Positions 44,633-54,206 of a DNA stretch of 64,000 nt are shown one piece after another. Position 1 is the first letter of the stretch; every line of letters starts with the position of its first letter. The stretch is taken from IMG/VR virus record IMGVR_UViG_3300009551_000049, positions 1,196 through 65,195 of that record; one strand, given 5' to 3'. The stretch comes from a virus (lineage: Duplodnaviria > Caudoviricetes). Position numbers and translations under genes: made by a program. The notes under the pieces were generated by a model. It was not told where the DNA came from and searched no databases. It worked only from the letters and a program-made list of their open reading frames with translations.

Positions 44633-45003
44633 TCGATAAAAAAACCAGAGTGCGTCAGGTGTTCGGTCGCCAGCGGATTCAGGCCGGTGACAAGACTTAC
44701 GTTTTCGAGATGAGCAAGTCCGGCGTGTCGGTGTGTGCCACTGGTCGCGGTCAGGTCGAATCATCTAAAACATTTGCAGAGCTTTTGTCGTTCATAGCCG
44801 GTGTCGAATTGATGCCGTGCGTGGTTGTTGATTTCGACACCGTTGAAAAAGTAGATGATGCAATTGAAGCCTGTTATCGGGAGCGTCAATCTATCGTGGA
44901 GAAAATAGAAACATTGGAAAAGGTTCAGATTGCAAAAATATCTGAAACGCTGCGCCGCCTTGGCACTATTCGGGCAACGCTTCAAACCGGAAAACTCCTG
45001 TGA
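44629..45003 (+). CDS. Hypothetical protein
   Basis: Coupled ORF with a coiled-coil C-terminus. Confidence 0.6.
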   Translation: MIDKKTRVRQVFGRQRIQAGDKTYVFEMSKSGVSVCATGRGQVESSKTFAELLSFIAGVELMPCVVVDFDTVEKVDDAIEACYRERQSIVEKIETLEKVQIAKISETLRRLGTIRATLQTGKLL

Positions 45004-45542
45004 AAAAGTATCACAAATTTCCGCATTCTTGCTCGGTACGCAACTGCCGCCGGAAAGTTGGCCTGTCTGAAAAGAGCGACAAGTGTTACAAACACCGGCT
45101 GCGGGCATGGAAGGAAAAGCATCCCCATGCCTATGCTTGGGGGAAATTGAAGCGCAGGGCGCGGGCGCGCGGGATTAAATTCACGCTCACCATTCAGGAT
45201 TACAAAGACCTGATGGCCGGTCTGGATTTGACCAAGCTTGTCAGTCACACATCGCTTTCCATCAGCGTGGATCGGGTGGAAAATTCTTTGGGGTACTACC
45301 GATGGAATGTCCAGAGGATGACCCTGAAAGAAAACTCCAGAAAGCAATACGTTCCTTACTGGTCAAACGGCATGAGACATCATCATACGCCGGAAGAAAT
45401 CCGCCATCTCGATGTTGAGTATCGTGACAGATGCGAAAATCTTGCGGATGAAATCGGTCGGACATACGAAAAAGGCAGCGTCAAATTTTGGGAAGTATTC
45501 CGCAGAAAAAAAGTCGCCATGTTTGAATCCTTAACTGTTTGA
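45000..45542 (+). CDS. HNH-like (His-Me finger) endonuclease-related protein
   Basis: RARARGIKFTLT...SVDRVENSLGY...NVQ.....NSRK. Confidence 0.65.
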   Translation: MKKYHKFPHSCSVRNCRRKVGLSEKSDKCYKHRLRAWKEKHPHAYAWGKLKRRARARGIKFTLTIQDYKDLMAGLDLTKLVSHTSLSISVDRVENSLGYYRWNVQRMTLKENSRKQYVPYWSNGMRHHHTPEEIRHLDVEYRDRCENLADEIGRTYEKGSVKFWEVFRRKKVAMFESLTV

Positions 45543-45546
45543 AATT

Positions 45547-47292
45547 ATGAAATTGAACCTATCTGACACATCTGATGCCGCGATTGATTTGGGCGTCTTG
45601 TTAAAAACTCGGCTGTTGATCCAAACAAACAGCGGCGGCGGAAAAAGCTGGCTGCTGCGACGGCTGGCCGAACAGGCTTTCGGCAAAGTACAGGTCATCA
45701 TCATTGACCCTGAGGGTGAATTTTCAACGCTGCGCGAAAAGTTTGATTACGTTCTAGTTGGCAAGGGCGGCGAGACGCCCGCTGATTGCCGCTCCGCCGC
45801 TATGGTCGCGCACAAGCTGCTTGAGCTTCATGCCTCGGCAGTGTGCGACCTCTACGAGATGAAGCCGCAGGACAGGCACCACTGGGTAAAGCTATTCATC
45901 GACGCCCTGATTGATGCCCCTAAAAACCTCTGGCACCCAGTTATCGTAATCGTGGATGAGGCGCATGTTTTTTGCCCCGAATCAAAGGCGGGCGAGAGCG
46001 AGGCCAGCGGTTCGATGATTGACCTCGCCACTCGGGGTCGCAAGCGCGGTTACTGCGCCGTGTTCGCCACCCAGCGGCTTGGTAAGTTAAAGAAGGATGC
46101 CGCTGCCGAACTTACCAATGTTATGATTGGTCAGACCTTCATTGACATCGACCGCGACCTGGCGGCTGATTGTCTTGGAGTATCCGGCCCGGAACGCCGG
46201 GCATTCGACAACGAAATAAAAACTGTCCAGCAAGGCAACTTTTATGCTCTGGGCCGGGCGATTTGTACCACCCGCACCAAGGTTCAAGTCGGCAAAGTTC
46301 AAACTACACATCCTGAAATTGGTGGTAAAAAATTCAGCGCGGAGCCTCCGCCCCCGTCTGAAAAGGTCAAGCTGATGATGCCGAAGCTTGCCGACCTTCC
46401 AAAGGCGGCTGAAGAAAAGGCTAAAACTGAATCTGAGTTGCGAACTGAAGTGAGGGTACTCCGGCAACAATTGGCGGATGCTAAACGAACCAACCCAGTT
46501 GAAAAAAGTATTACCGAAATCAAAAATGTGCCCGCTTTGACCGATGCGGAGCGTAAACGTCTGACCAAGGCCATCGAGACGGGCGACAACATCATTTGCA
46601 AGTATGAGGTAATTCAAAACCTGATTGGAAATCAGGACAGTGACATGATTGACCTGAGGTCAGACTTGAGGTTTTTCAAAGACCTTTTGACCGGAAAATT
46701 GACGCCACCAAAACAGTTTAGGCCCGCGCCATTGACGCGGCAGACTTTCCCGATAGTGACCATGCACCGTGAAAAAATTGCGTCCGTTCAAACCAATGGC
46801 GACATATCTCCGGTTGGCCAACGTATCCTGAACGCGCTTGCTGAAATGGAAATGCTTGGCACAAAGACACCGGATCGAGAGCTTGTCGCCCTACTCGCAG
46901 GTTACACACATCTGCTTTCCAAAGGATTCGTAAATGCAGTGGGCGAGCTACGCACCGCAGGTTTGGTGTCGTATCCTAACTCTGATTCAATCCAATTCAC
47001 CGATGCTGGCCGTGAAAAGGCCCAGTTCCCTTCGAGGCCGAGCACTTCGGAGGAGATTCAGAACCGCGTTTGCAATCTGATTGGCGGCAAGGCCAGTCAG
47101 ATTTTGCGCCCGCTTATTGACAACTATCCCAATCCATGTGCCCGGACTGACATCGCGGCGGCGGCGGGATACACACATCTGTTGTCAAAGGGATTTGTGA
47201 ATGCTATTTCAAGACTTCGCACACTCGGGTTTGTGGAATATCCTGACAGTCAGAGCATCGTCGCCACCAAAATCTTGTTTCTCAATGATTGA
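45547..47292 (+). CDS. HerA/DUF87-like P-loop ATPase with two C-terminal winged-helix repeats
   Basis: NSGGGKS, IIDPEGE, VDEAH, RGRKRG, ATQR; duplicated GYTHLLSKGFVNA..LRT.G.V.YP. Confidence 0.85.
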   Translation: MKLNLSDTSDAAIDLGVLLKTRLLIQTNSGGGKSWLLRRLAEQAFGKVQVIIIDPEGEFSTLREKFDYVLVGKGGETPADCRSAAMVAHKLLELHASAVCDLYEMKPQDRHHWVKLFIDALIDAPKNLWHPVIVIVDEAHVFCPESKAGESEASGSMIDLATRGRKRGYCAVFATQRLGKLKKDAAAELTNVMIGQTFIDIDRDLAADCLGVSGPERRAFDNEIKTVQQGNFYALGRAICTTRTKVQVGKVQTTHPEIGGKKFSAEPPPPSEKVKLMMPKLADLPKAAEEKAKTESELRTEVRVLRQQLADAKRTNPVEKSITEIKNVPALTDAERKRLTKAIETGDNIICKYEVIQNLIGNQDSDMIDLRSDLRFFKDLLTGKLTPPKQFRPAPLTRQTFPIVTMHREKIASVQTNGDISPVGQRILNALAEMEMLGTKTPDRELVALLAGYTHLLSKGFVNAVGELRTAGLVSYPNSDSIQFTDAGREKAQFPSRPSTSEEIQNRVCNLIGGKASQILRPLIDNYPNPCARTDIAAAAGYTHLLSKGFVNAISRLRTLGFVEYPDSQSIVATKILFLND

Positions 47293-47701
47293 CCTTTCAA
47301 CAACTGAAGGATTGCGCGCGGCTGGCTATGTCGAGATAAAGCCCGGTCAGTGGCATCGCCCAAAGTTTCTGCCGCCGGTTGTTAACGAACCGGAAACCAT
47401 CAACGTGCCAGTCAATGCAGAGGGCAAATTGCATGAGCAGATTATGGATTGGTGTGATACGCAATGGCCTCGCGTGAAATACATCCACGCCCGCATGGAT
47501 CAAAGGTCTTGCATCGCAGTTGGCGCACAGGATTTCACGCTATTTCTTCCGAATGGCAGAACACTCTGCGTGGAGTGCAAGGCCAAGAGCAAGAAGCTCG
47601 AACCCGACCAGCGTAATTGGCACAAAGAAATGGCTATGGTCGGTCACAAGGTTCATACGGTCTGGTCGTTTGAAGATTTCAAATCACTGTTAAATAAATA
47701 A
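47285..47701 (+). CDS. VRR-NUC nuclease
   Basis: GAQDF, CVECKA, L..DQ..W, VWSFEDF. Confidence 0.82.
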   Translation: MIDLSTTEGLRAAGYVEIKPGQWHRPKFLPPVVNEPETINVPVNAEGKLHEQIMDWCDTQWPRVKYIHARMDQRSCIAVGAQDFTLFLPNGRTLCVECKAKSKKLEPDQRNWHKEMAMVGHKVHTVWSFEDFKSLLNK

Positions 47702-47703
47702 TT

Positions 47704-48375
47704 ATGTCTCTATTTTTTAAAGACGATTTGTGCGAAATCCATAATGGTGATTCGCGCGATTTGCTTCCAAGCATGCCTAGCGGAATAGTTATCACTGACC
47801 CGCCATTTAACATTGGATACAAGTACGACCAACACAAAGACAGGATGCGGCTTGACGAATATCAAAATCTTTTGAAAGCAACCCTTGTTTGCCCGTGCGT
47901 TATTATCCACTATCCAGAGCAAATTATTTCTGCCAGCGTGATATTATCTGAAATACCGACTCGAATTGTAGCTTGGGTTTACCCTTCAAATACTGGCCGG
48001 ATGTATCGGAGCATTGCATGGTTTGGAAATGTTCCAAATTTCAAACGGGGGGGGCAACCTTACAAAAACCCGAAAGACAAACGGGTAAGGAAATTGATAG
48101 CCGCCGGTCGTCAGTGTCGCCTTTACGATTGGTGGGAAATCAATCAGGTCAAGAACGTAAGCAAGGAAAAAACTGGTCATCCGTGCCAGATGCCGCTCGA
48201 AGTAATGATGAGAATTATACGCATTACAGATTGCAAGCTAGTTATCGACCCATTTTGCGGGAGCGGAACCACTTTGCTTGCTGCAAAAAAGCTCGGAATA
48301 AAATCTATCGGAATAGACAAAAGCCCGGCCTATTGCCAGATAGCTGCCGACAGGGTGATTCGCAACACGTTTTAA
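47704..48375 (+). CDS. DNA N6-adenine/N4-cytosine methyltransferase (beta class)
   Basis: TDPPF, HPCQMP, DPFCGSGTT. Confidence 0.92.
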   Translation: MSLFFKDDLCEIHNGDSRDLLPSMPSGIVITDPPFNIGYKYDQHKDRMRLDEYQNLLKATLVCPCVIIHYPEQIISASVILSEIPTRIVAWVYPSNTGRMYRSIAWFGNVPNFKRGGQPYKNPKDKRVRKLIAAGRQCRLYDWWEINQVKNVSKEKTGHPCQMPLEVMMRIIRITDCKLVIDPFCGSGTTLLAAKKLGIKSIGIDKSPAYCQIAADRVIRNTF

Positions 48376-48376
48376 T

Positions 48377-48580
48377 ATGAGTAATTGCCCATATAGCGAT
48401 ACTCATCCACAGTGTATGAACGGTAACAGTTGTGTATGCGGTTACCGTTTCGAGTCCGAAAAATCACCATGCTGGAAAGAGAATTTCAAAACGGGCGAGA
48501 CGTTCCATATAAAAAGCGTCCGGTTTCAACTAGCCGCCATCAGCAAGCGGGGTCTTGTATTGAGGAGGGTAAGCCCATGA
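48377..48580 (+). CDS. Small Cys-rich protein
   Basis: ORF fills the gap; ATGA-coupled downstream. Confidence 0.55.
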   Translation: MSNCPYSDTHPQCMNGNSCVCGYRFESEKSPCWKENFKTGETFHIKSVRFQLAAISKRGLVLRRVSP

Positions 48581-49500
48581 AGCTTCTTATTATCGACGGC
48601 AGCAACATCGTGATGCGCGCTTCATTCGGCGGAGAAATTGGAGTCGAGCAATCCGTTAAAACCGCGACGGGCATGATTGAGCGGGCGATACGCGATTTGG
48701 AGGCAACGCACTTCATGGTTGCGATGGATTGTCCCGGCGTGGAGACATGGCGCAAAAAACTTTTCCCGGAGTATAAGGCGCACCGGATGACCGACACCCG
48801 GCCTTGGATCGAGGGCGCGGCAAAAGAATGGTCTGGCATGGGATGGTGGGTGGAATCTGTTGGGGGATACGAGGCCGACGATGTGATTGCCACCATCAGC
48901 GCGCGGGCGCAAGGACAGTTCGAGGTTTTGATTCTGTCCAGCGACTCAGACCTGTTGCAGCTTTCAAGTCCTGATGTTTGTGTGTGCCGACCTATGAACG
49001 GTGGCGGTGTTTCGGCCATGACCGTTGAAATGGTGTGCAAAAAATATGGCATCGCATCACCCAAGCTGCTGGTGGATTTGAAGGCCATGACCGGCGAGCC
49101 GGGCGACAACGTGCCGGGCGTGGAAGGAATCGGGCCGGTGCGCGCGGCAAAGCTGCTGGCGGACTACGGAACAATTGAAGACATCATAGTTGCTGGCACA
49201 TTTGATACATGCAAGATGTCACAAAAAGTTGCAACTCAAACTGAAACCGCCTGCATTGCCAAAAAACTAATCACGCTCGACGCATCCGCTCCGGTTGAAA
49301 ACCTGCTGCTGAAATTGTTTTGCCTCGCCGAAGGATTGAAGATGGTAACCAGCCCGATGACTGATGCTGAACAGAACGAGTTTATTTATCACTATTCCGA
49401 AAGGCTCAGAAATCTTTGCGGCCAGTTAAAACCAAACCAGCAGCAAATCAGCATGGCCATCAAGGATGCTGAATCAGCGGTGGACAGAATGAGATTATGA
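48577..49500 (+). CDS. 5'-3' exonuclease/flap endonuclease (Pol I N-terminal domain-like)
   Basis: LIIDGSNIVMRA, YKAHR, YEADDVIAT, SSDSDLLQL, DNVPGVEGIGPVRAAKLL. Confidence 0.92.
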   Translation: MKLLIIDGSNIVMRASFGGEIGVEQSVKTATGMIERAIRDLEATHFMVAMDCPGVETWRKKLFPEYKAHRMTDTRPWIEGAAKEWSGMGWWVESVGGYEADDVIATISARAQGQFEVLILSSDSDLLQLSSPDVCVCRPMNGGGVSAMTVEMVCKKYGIASPKLLVDLKAMTGEPGDNVPGVEGIGPVRAAKLLADYGTIEDIIVAGTFDTCKMSQKVATQTETACIAKKLITLDASAPVENLLLKLFCLAEGLKMVTSPMTDAEQNEFIYHYSERLRNLCGQLKPNQQQISMAIKDAESAVDRMRL

Positions 49501-49958
49501 AAATCGTAGCCTTTATGCAAAATATGTGGTTGAAAAACCCTGATAGTTTTCACCGCAACATGGCCGGTATAAAAGACGTGGCGGAAAAGGAAAAGTACCG
49601 CCGTCGCATCATCCATTACGCGCTATTCGCTGGATGCCTAACAGGTCGCAGGTTGAAATATGCTTTTGAAGAAGATGTATGCAGACGCATTATTTGGGAG
49701 GAGTCCACACGCGAAATAGCCAGCGACCCGCGTAAAATCTTCCCCGCCCAGCCGGAGCATATCAAGGCTGTGCTTGAGATTGAAAAACCTGACGTGGTTA
49801 TTACGTTCGGGAAAATCGCCAGCAATGCGCTCGCACCATTATGGAAGGGCCGTATAGTTACCTGTATCCATCCAGCGGCCCGTGATCCATTGATACTTTC
49901 AAAGCTAAAGATAGCGGCGGAAGATTTGAAAACCCGCCAGCAGTCACTTGCTCTATGA
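49497..49958 (+). CDS. Uracil-DNA glycosylase-like protein
   Basis: TGRRL, KPDVVITFGKIA and HPAAR (UDG motif B); motif A is divergent. Confidence 0.65.
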   Translation: MKIVAFMQNMWLKNPDSFHRNMAGIKDVAEKEKYRRRIIHYALFAGCLTGRRLKYAFEEDVCRRIIWEESTREIASDPRKIFPAQPEHIKAVLEIEKPDVVITFGKIASNALAPLWKGRIVTCIHPAARDPLILSKLKIAAEDLKTRQQSLAL

Positions 49959-50161
49959 GCCGCACAGCCTTAATCCTGAAGCCTTACGACCACGCGAAGG
50001 CCGCGCAGAACCGGAAGGGCTGGATTGCCATAGCCCAGCGCGTGATAAACGGTGATTATAATAAGGCGGACGGTACAACCGTCCACAGCCTTTCGATTGG
50101 ACTTCGAGGATACAACGACGAGATTTGCCAGCGGGCACTTCAGATGCTTAAAAAATTATGA
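49955..50161 (+). CDS. Small hypothetical protein
   Basis: Coupled ORF. Confidence 0.6.
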   Translation: MSRTALILKPYDHAKAAQNRKGWIAIAQRVINGDYNKADGTTVHSLSIGLRGYNDEICQRALQMLKKL

Positions 50162-50706
50162 CCGATAGCGATTACATAAAGCAGGCGGAAAAGATTGACC
50201 CGCAGAAAGCAGCAAGGATGCAGCGGCAGTTCAACCAGCTCTGGGCATTGTCGGAAGTCACCTGTCATTGCAAAGCCACGGTTCACTTCATGTCCGCGTT
50301 CCGCTGCCTTTACTGCGGTGAATTTTTCTGCATGGCCTGTGCCGAAGTCCATTTCGGCCAGACCCAACGTGACTGGATGAAACAACGCCACCCCGATGTA
50401 TTGAAGCAGCTCGACGGCGAGGCGATGTTGAGTATTACAAGCAACCGGAAAGCCGCACACTGGCATGAGTGTAGAGAACCTCAAAAAAGTTTTTTCTCAG
50501 GCGACTCCGCACGACATCGCCGAAGGCCGCGATTCCTACCCGAGATACCGGCGCATCATGGAGCTGATGGGGGCCAAGCACGGGTTCGACCACCGCACCG
50601 CCGCCGCCGTGTTCTGCGCCCTCAGCCCAAACAACGACTACTACGGAAACCTGCGGGACGCTTCCACATTGCTGCGAGCGAAGCGAGCTTTGAAAAATTT
50701 GGATGA
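50158..50706 (+). CDS. Zn-finger protein (CHC...CLYC...CMAC..HF); 3' part overlaps the next gene
   Basis: Cys/His cluster in the N-terminal ~100 aa. Confidence 0.55.
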   Translation: MTDSDYIKQAEKIDPQKAARMQRQFNQLWALSEVTCHCKATVHFMSAFRCLYCGEFFCMACAEVHFGQTQRDWMKQRHPDVLKQLDGEAMLSITSNRKAAHWHECREPQKSFFSGDSARHRRRPRFLPEIPAHHGADGGQARVRPPHRRRRVLRPQPKQRLLRKPAGRFHIAASEASFEKFG

Positions 50707-51121
50707 TTTTCGGGTGTCCACCTACGGTAACAACAAGCGCAAGGCATGGGCCTTGGCGGGCGGTGCCGATCCGTTGGAACTTATCAAGGCACCTAAGACA
50801 CGTTCCTTTTTTCTTAACGTGTGCGACCCCGCTGACCCAGTGCCCGTCACCGTGGACGGCCACATTTACAACTGCTGGAACGGCAGGCGTGTGAATCTCG
50901 TAGGCCTGCGCGGGTTGCCCGACTACGACGAGGTTGCCGAGGGTGTGCGGTGTCTGGCCCGCGAACACGGCATGGTGCCCTGCCAGATGCAGGGTGTGCT
51001 GTGGATGACGTGGAAGCGGATGCACGGCATCCTGATTACGCCCCAGACAACATTCTGGTGTGATGATTTGATTTACGCGGATGTCGGATTTCAGAAACAA
51101 GTCGAACTGGAGCCAGCATGA
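50465..51121 (+). CDS. HhH-GPD-like DNA glycosylase-fold phage protein
   Basis: AAAVFCALSP...N, PKTRSFFLN, VTVDGH, QMQGVLW. Confidence 0.6.
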   Translation: MSVENLKKVFSQATPHDIAEGRDSYPRYRRIMELMGAKHGFDHRTAAAVFCALSPNNDYYGNLRDASTLLRAKRALKNLDDFRVSTYGNNKRKAWALAGGADPLELIKAPKTRSFFLNVCDPADPVPVTVDGHIYNCWNGRRVNLVGLRGLPDYDEVAEGVRCLAREHGMVPCQMQGVLWMTWKRMHGILITPQTTFWCDDLIYADVGFQKQVELEPA

Positions 51122-51549
51122 AAATAACCATCAATCGTCAAATGAGAATCATCTTGGAGATGATTGAAATGTACCAGCGTTCCCATACTCATCTCGTTGG
51201 TAAATTTAAGGGGCGCATTCCGCCGGGAAAAGCTCTTGATGAAATCAATGCCCTGAAATCAGTGCTTGATACTTTAGGCATGTTCACAAACAAAAAAAAT
51301 AAAATGAAAACTAGAACTTGGCAGTTCGGCACCCGTATCAACGGCGTGGTTCAGGAGGTCATCGAAAGCAAGGACGCGCTATGCCCGCGCATGACGTTGG
51401 TGCTGGGCGATGGCGAGGGGTTTGTCATCATGGGTGTGACCCACGAAGTCATGCCGATGAAGCGACAACCAGCGACCATCGAATTTACCAAGGGCGGGCC
51501 GACCGGCGGATACTGGCGCATCGTCAAACCGGAGGAAAAACCGGCATGA
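51118..51549 (+). CDS. Hypothetical protein (possibly two fused small genes)
   Basis: Internal AATAAAATG restart at MKTRTW. Confidence 0.55.
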   Translation: MKITINRQMRIILEMIEMYQRSHTHLVGKFKGRIPPGKALDEINALKSVLDTLGMFTNKKNKMKTRTWQFGTRINGVVQEVIESKDALCPRMTLVLGDGEGFVIMGVTHEVMPMKRQPATIEFTKGGPTGGYWRIVKPEEKPA

Positions 51550-52109
51550 AGCGCAAGATTTTTGAAATCCGGCTGCGTTACCGGCCCATACCGCTGGCAC
51601 CTGTGACGGAGCGCATCTGTCTTTACGAGCGCGCGCTGGCGTTCAAGACCCAGAAGGAATTGGGCGATTACCACACAAAGAACTGCCCGTCCTGCGCCAT
51701 CTACCGCAAGTGGCTGTGTCCGGTGTGCAACGGTTATCATTTTCTGGCCAAGGAGATGCCCGGCTCGGGCGGATCATCGGGCAACCAGCGGGAGAACACC
51801 ATGCACCTTCCGCGCGCGGAATGGGAGGGACGCATCAAGCCCGAGCTGCCGGACACCACGCTGTATGTCCTGCGCTTCACGGTTGAAGACCAGCAGAAGT
51901 TTCCCTACCCGCTGGCCGAGATTGTCCGTCGGCTGCGCGAGGACGGCGCGCCCGTGGAACTGGATACCGAGCAACTGACTTACAACCGGCGGCACGGCGG
52001 CACGGGAGATAGCGGGCGGTTTGCGCTCTGCAATCTCCATCAGAGGCGGGATGAGAACGGCGACATACTTTACGGCTGGCACATCACAACAAACACCAAA
52101 TCAAAATAA
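51546..52109 (+). CDS. Hypothetical Zn-binding protein
   Basis: ATGA-coupled start at 51546; CPSC and CPVC. Confidence 0.6.
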   Translation: MKRKIFEIRLRYRPIPLAPVTERICLYERALAFKTQKELGDYHTKNCPSCAIYRKWLCPVCNGYHFLAKEMPGSGGSSGNQRENTMHLPRAEWEGRIKPELPDTTLYVLRFTVEDQQKFPYPLAEIVRRLREDGAPVELDTEQLTYNRRHGGTGDSGRFALCNLHQRRDENGDILYGWHITTNTKSK

Positions 52110-52110
52110 T

Positions 52111-52197
52111 ATGATTCACTCACCTATATTTTGGATGGTATTGATTTTCATTTCTGGAGTCTGGCTTGGGAGATTCTTGCAACGGAGGGGGCTATGA
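52111..52197 (+). CDS. 28-aa membrane peptide MIHSPIFWMVLIFISGVWLGRFLQRRGL
   Basis: Translated by hand; coupled to its neighbours. Confidence 0.5.
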   Translation: MIHSPIFWMVLIFISGVWLGRFLQRRGL

Positions 52198-52454
52198 ACC
52201 GCATCAAATTCATCTTCGCTTGGTATGACCTTTGGGTTGGGGTTTACTATGACCGGAAGGCGTACAAACTTTATATCCTTCCGTTGCCCATGCTTGGCGT
52301 GGTCATCGACTGCCTTGGTTATTATGCCATCCGTTCACCGTATGTTGCCGATGGGCCTGTCGGATATTGCACTTCTATTGGCGTAAATGGTGGCGATGTT
52401 GACCGTCATTGCACCCTGACAAAAATCAGCAAGCGTGAATTTTTGAAACATTAA
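52194..52454 (+). CDS. Small protein with FAWYDLWVG motif
   Basis: Motif common in small phage proteins. Confidence 0.65.
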   Translation: MNRIKFIFAWYDLWVGVYYDRKAYKLYILPLPMLGVVIDCLGYYAIRSPYVADGPVGYCTSIGVNGGDVDRHCTLTKISKREFLKH

Positions 52455-52455
52455 A

Positions 52456-52725
52456 ATGATAACAGCCGACGAAATCAAAAACGGAACAGTCTGGCGCGCG
52501 GCGGAACCGATGTGCTGGACTGTGGTGGTTCAATGGGTGGACAGAAACGGCTGGCTGGTTCTGGGCGAGCCGGATCAGTCGGCGCACGGCGGTACGTGCA
52601 TGATGCCGCATGTCCGTGACGGGCTTGTGCTGCGGACACAGCAACAGGTGGCCGACCTGTTAAACCGATGGCAGGCGACCAGACTGCCGTGCATGATGGT
52701 CATCATTCCAATACCAAAAATCTGA
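52456..52725 (+). CDS. Hypothetical protein
   Basis: ORF within the operon. Confidence 0.55.
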   Translation: MITADEIKNGTVWRAAEPMCWTVVVQWVDRNGWLVLGEPDQSAHGGTCMMPHVRDGLVLRTQQQVADLLNRWQATRLPCMMVIIPIPKI

Positions 52726-53012
52726 TGAACGCTCGCCGTAAATTAAAACTCAGGACAAGACAGGCATGGCGACGGGCCTTGGCCGTCCGCAATGCCAACC
52801 ACGGCCCCGCCGTAATAACGCCGTGCCAGCGGTGTCAACGTCCATTCATGCCGGAGTGGAATGACCGGCTGGGATTTTTCTCGCGTTGCTGCAAGACATG
52901 CTCGGTACGAAACTTTTTTGATGGTCTGGAATTGCCCACGCCGCCAGAGCTGCTTGACCGGCATACCGTGCATCCGACCCTGACCGATGAAGAATGGCGT
53001 AGAAAACTTTAA
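52725..53012 (+). CDS. Small Zn-ribbon protein
   Basis: CQRC...CKTC; TGATG coupling. Confidence 0.55.
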   Translation: MNARRKLKLRTRQAWRRALAVRNANHGPAVITPCQRCQRPFMPEWNDRLGFFSRCCKTCSVRNFFDGLELPTPPELLDRHTVHPTLTDEEWRRKL

Positions 53013-53021
53013 CCATAATTT

Positions 53022-53261
53022 ATGACTTCTGACAACGAATCCGAGGAATCGAAGCGCATACAAGACGCGGTGAAAGTCCTGAGCGAGCACTTCGATTCGG
53101 TGATGATTTTTGCCACCCAGAGCACGGACACTAGCAACGGCACCCGCCACTGGATACACGGTGCCGGTAATTTCTTCACGCGCTACGGTCTGGTCAAAAA
53201 CTGGGTCATCGGCGAGGAGGAAAAAACGAGGCAGGACATCCGTGACCAGCGAGGCGGGTAG
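53022..53261 (+). CDS. Hypothetical protein
   Basis: LSEHFDSV.IF...GNFFTRYG. Confidence 0.65.
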   Translation: MTSDNESEESKRIQDAVKVLSEHFDSVMIFATQSTDTSNGTRHWIHGAGNFFTRYGLVKNWVIGEEEKTRQDIRDQRGG

Positions 53262-53264
53262 CAG

Positions 53265-53351
53265 TTATATAAAAAGTGAGATGACCGACAGCGCGAAGCC
53301 GATGACGAAAAACGCCGTCAGTCCGATCCATTTTAAAAGCTGCCAGTCCAT
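53265..53351 (-). CDS. 28-aa membrane peptide MDWQLLKWIGLTAFFVIGFALSVISLFI
   Basis: ATG follows the stop of the upstream ORF; single hydrophobic helix. Confidence 0.5.
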   Translation of the reverse strand: MDWQLLKWIGLTAFFVIGFALSVISLFI

Positions 53352-53352
53352 A

Positions 53353-53823
53353 TCAGTAGATGGCATCAGCCTCATGCAGCATGGCAAAGACCTTGCCGAT
53401 GTCCTCGCCGGGCCGCGTGTTGAGTTCGTTGTGGACTTTCTGGCCTTCATCCTGCCAGCGGTAATGCTGGTGACCCCCGGCGTCCGGGCACTTCAGCTCG
53501 ACGTATTGCATCGCCCAGTTGCCGTCATTGTGGAAATTGAACGACTGCCAGTTAACGGATGGTGAACACGCAATCCAGCCATGTCGGGGTTGACCCCTTA
53601 CGAACACCCAGACGGGTTCACACCAGACCTCCTCGATCATCTGCTTGGTGACACCGGGCGACAGCGGGGCATTCGTGTCCCGCATCATCAGGTAGAATGG
53701 CTGGCGGGTGCCATCATGTCGGATGGCCGTGAGATACACCTTGTAAACCGGAACGCCCAGCTTGGGCTGGTGGAAAGTCGCCAACTGGATGACGGCGATG
53801 CCGCCGATGACATCTTTGCTCAT
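53353..53823 (-). CDS. Hypothetical protein
   Basis: Coupled leftward ORF. Confidence 0.6.
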   Translation of the reverse strand: MSKDVIGGIAVIQLATFHQPKLGVPVYKVYLTAIRHDGTRQPFYLMMRDTNAPLSPGVTKQMIEEVWCEPVWVFVRGQPRHGWIACSPSVNWQSFNFHNDGNWAMQYVELKCPDAGGHQHYRWQDEGQKVHNELNTRPGEDIGKVFAMLHEADAIY

Positions 53824-54005
53824 TGGATAGACCTTCTGATTTGCCGCATGTATTTACGGCGACGTTTTCGGGTCAGGCTAAAGCTGTGAACGAAGCATTT
53901 TATTGCGTTAGCAACCATTGGTTCGGTGTGAATTTCAATCACTTCACGCCTTGGCATCTTTCGCACCAAGTCAAAAATGGAATAAAGATTTAATGCTTCG
54001 CTCAT
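53820..54005 (-). CDS. Small basic protein
   Basis: ATGA-coupled. Confidence 0.55.
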   Translation of the reverse strand: MSEALNLYSIFDLVRKMPRREVIEIHTEPMVANAIKCFVHSFSLTRKRRRKYMRQIRRSIQ

Positions 54006-54205
54006 GGTTTTTTAATATGCCGTCGAATTTGGCCAGTCGCCCGGTTATCCCGCCAAGCACGCATGACGAGCGTACCGCCCTTGACAGTGAAGTTGAGCCG
54101 GTGAACCAGCCCGCAGTCACAGCAGGCCATCTTGTAATCCTCCCGCCGCCATTTCACCAGCACACGCTGGCCGGGCTGAACCTGTGGGTACGAGACTTTG
54201 GCCAT
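54002..54205 (-). CDS. Small protein with CCDCGLVH motif
   Basis: Common phage motif. Confidence 0.7.
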   Translation of the reverse strand: MAKVSYPQVQPGQRVLVKWRREDYKMACCDCGLVHRLNFTVKGGTLVMRAWRDNRATGQIRRHIKKP

Positions 54206-54206
54206 A

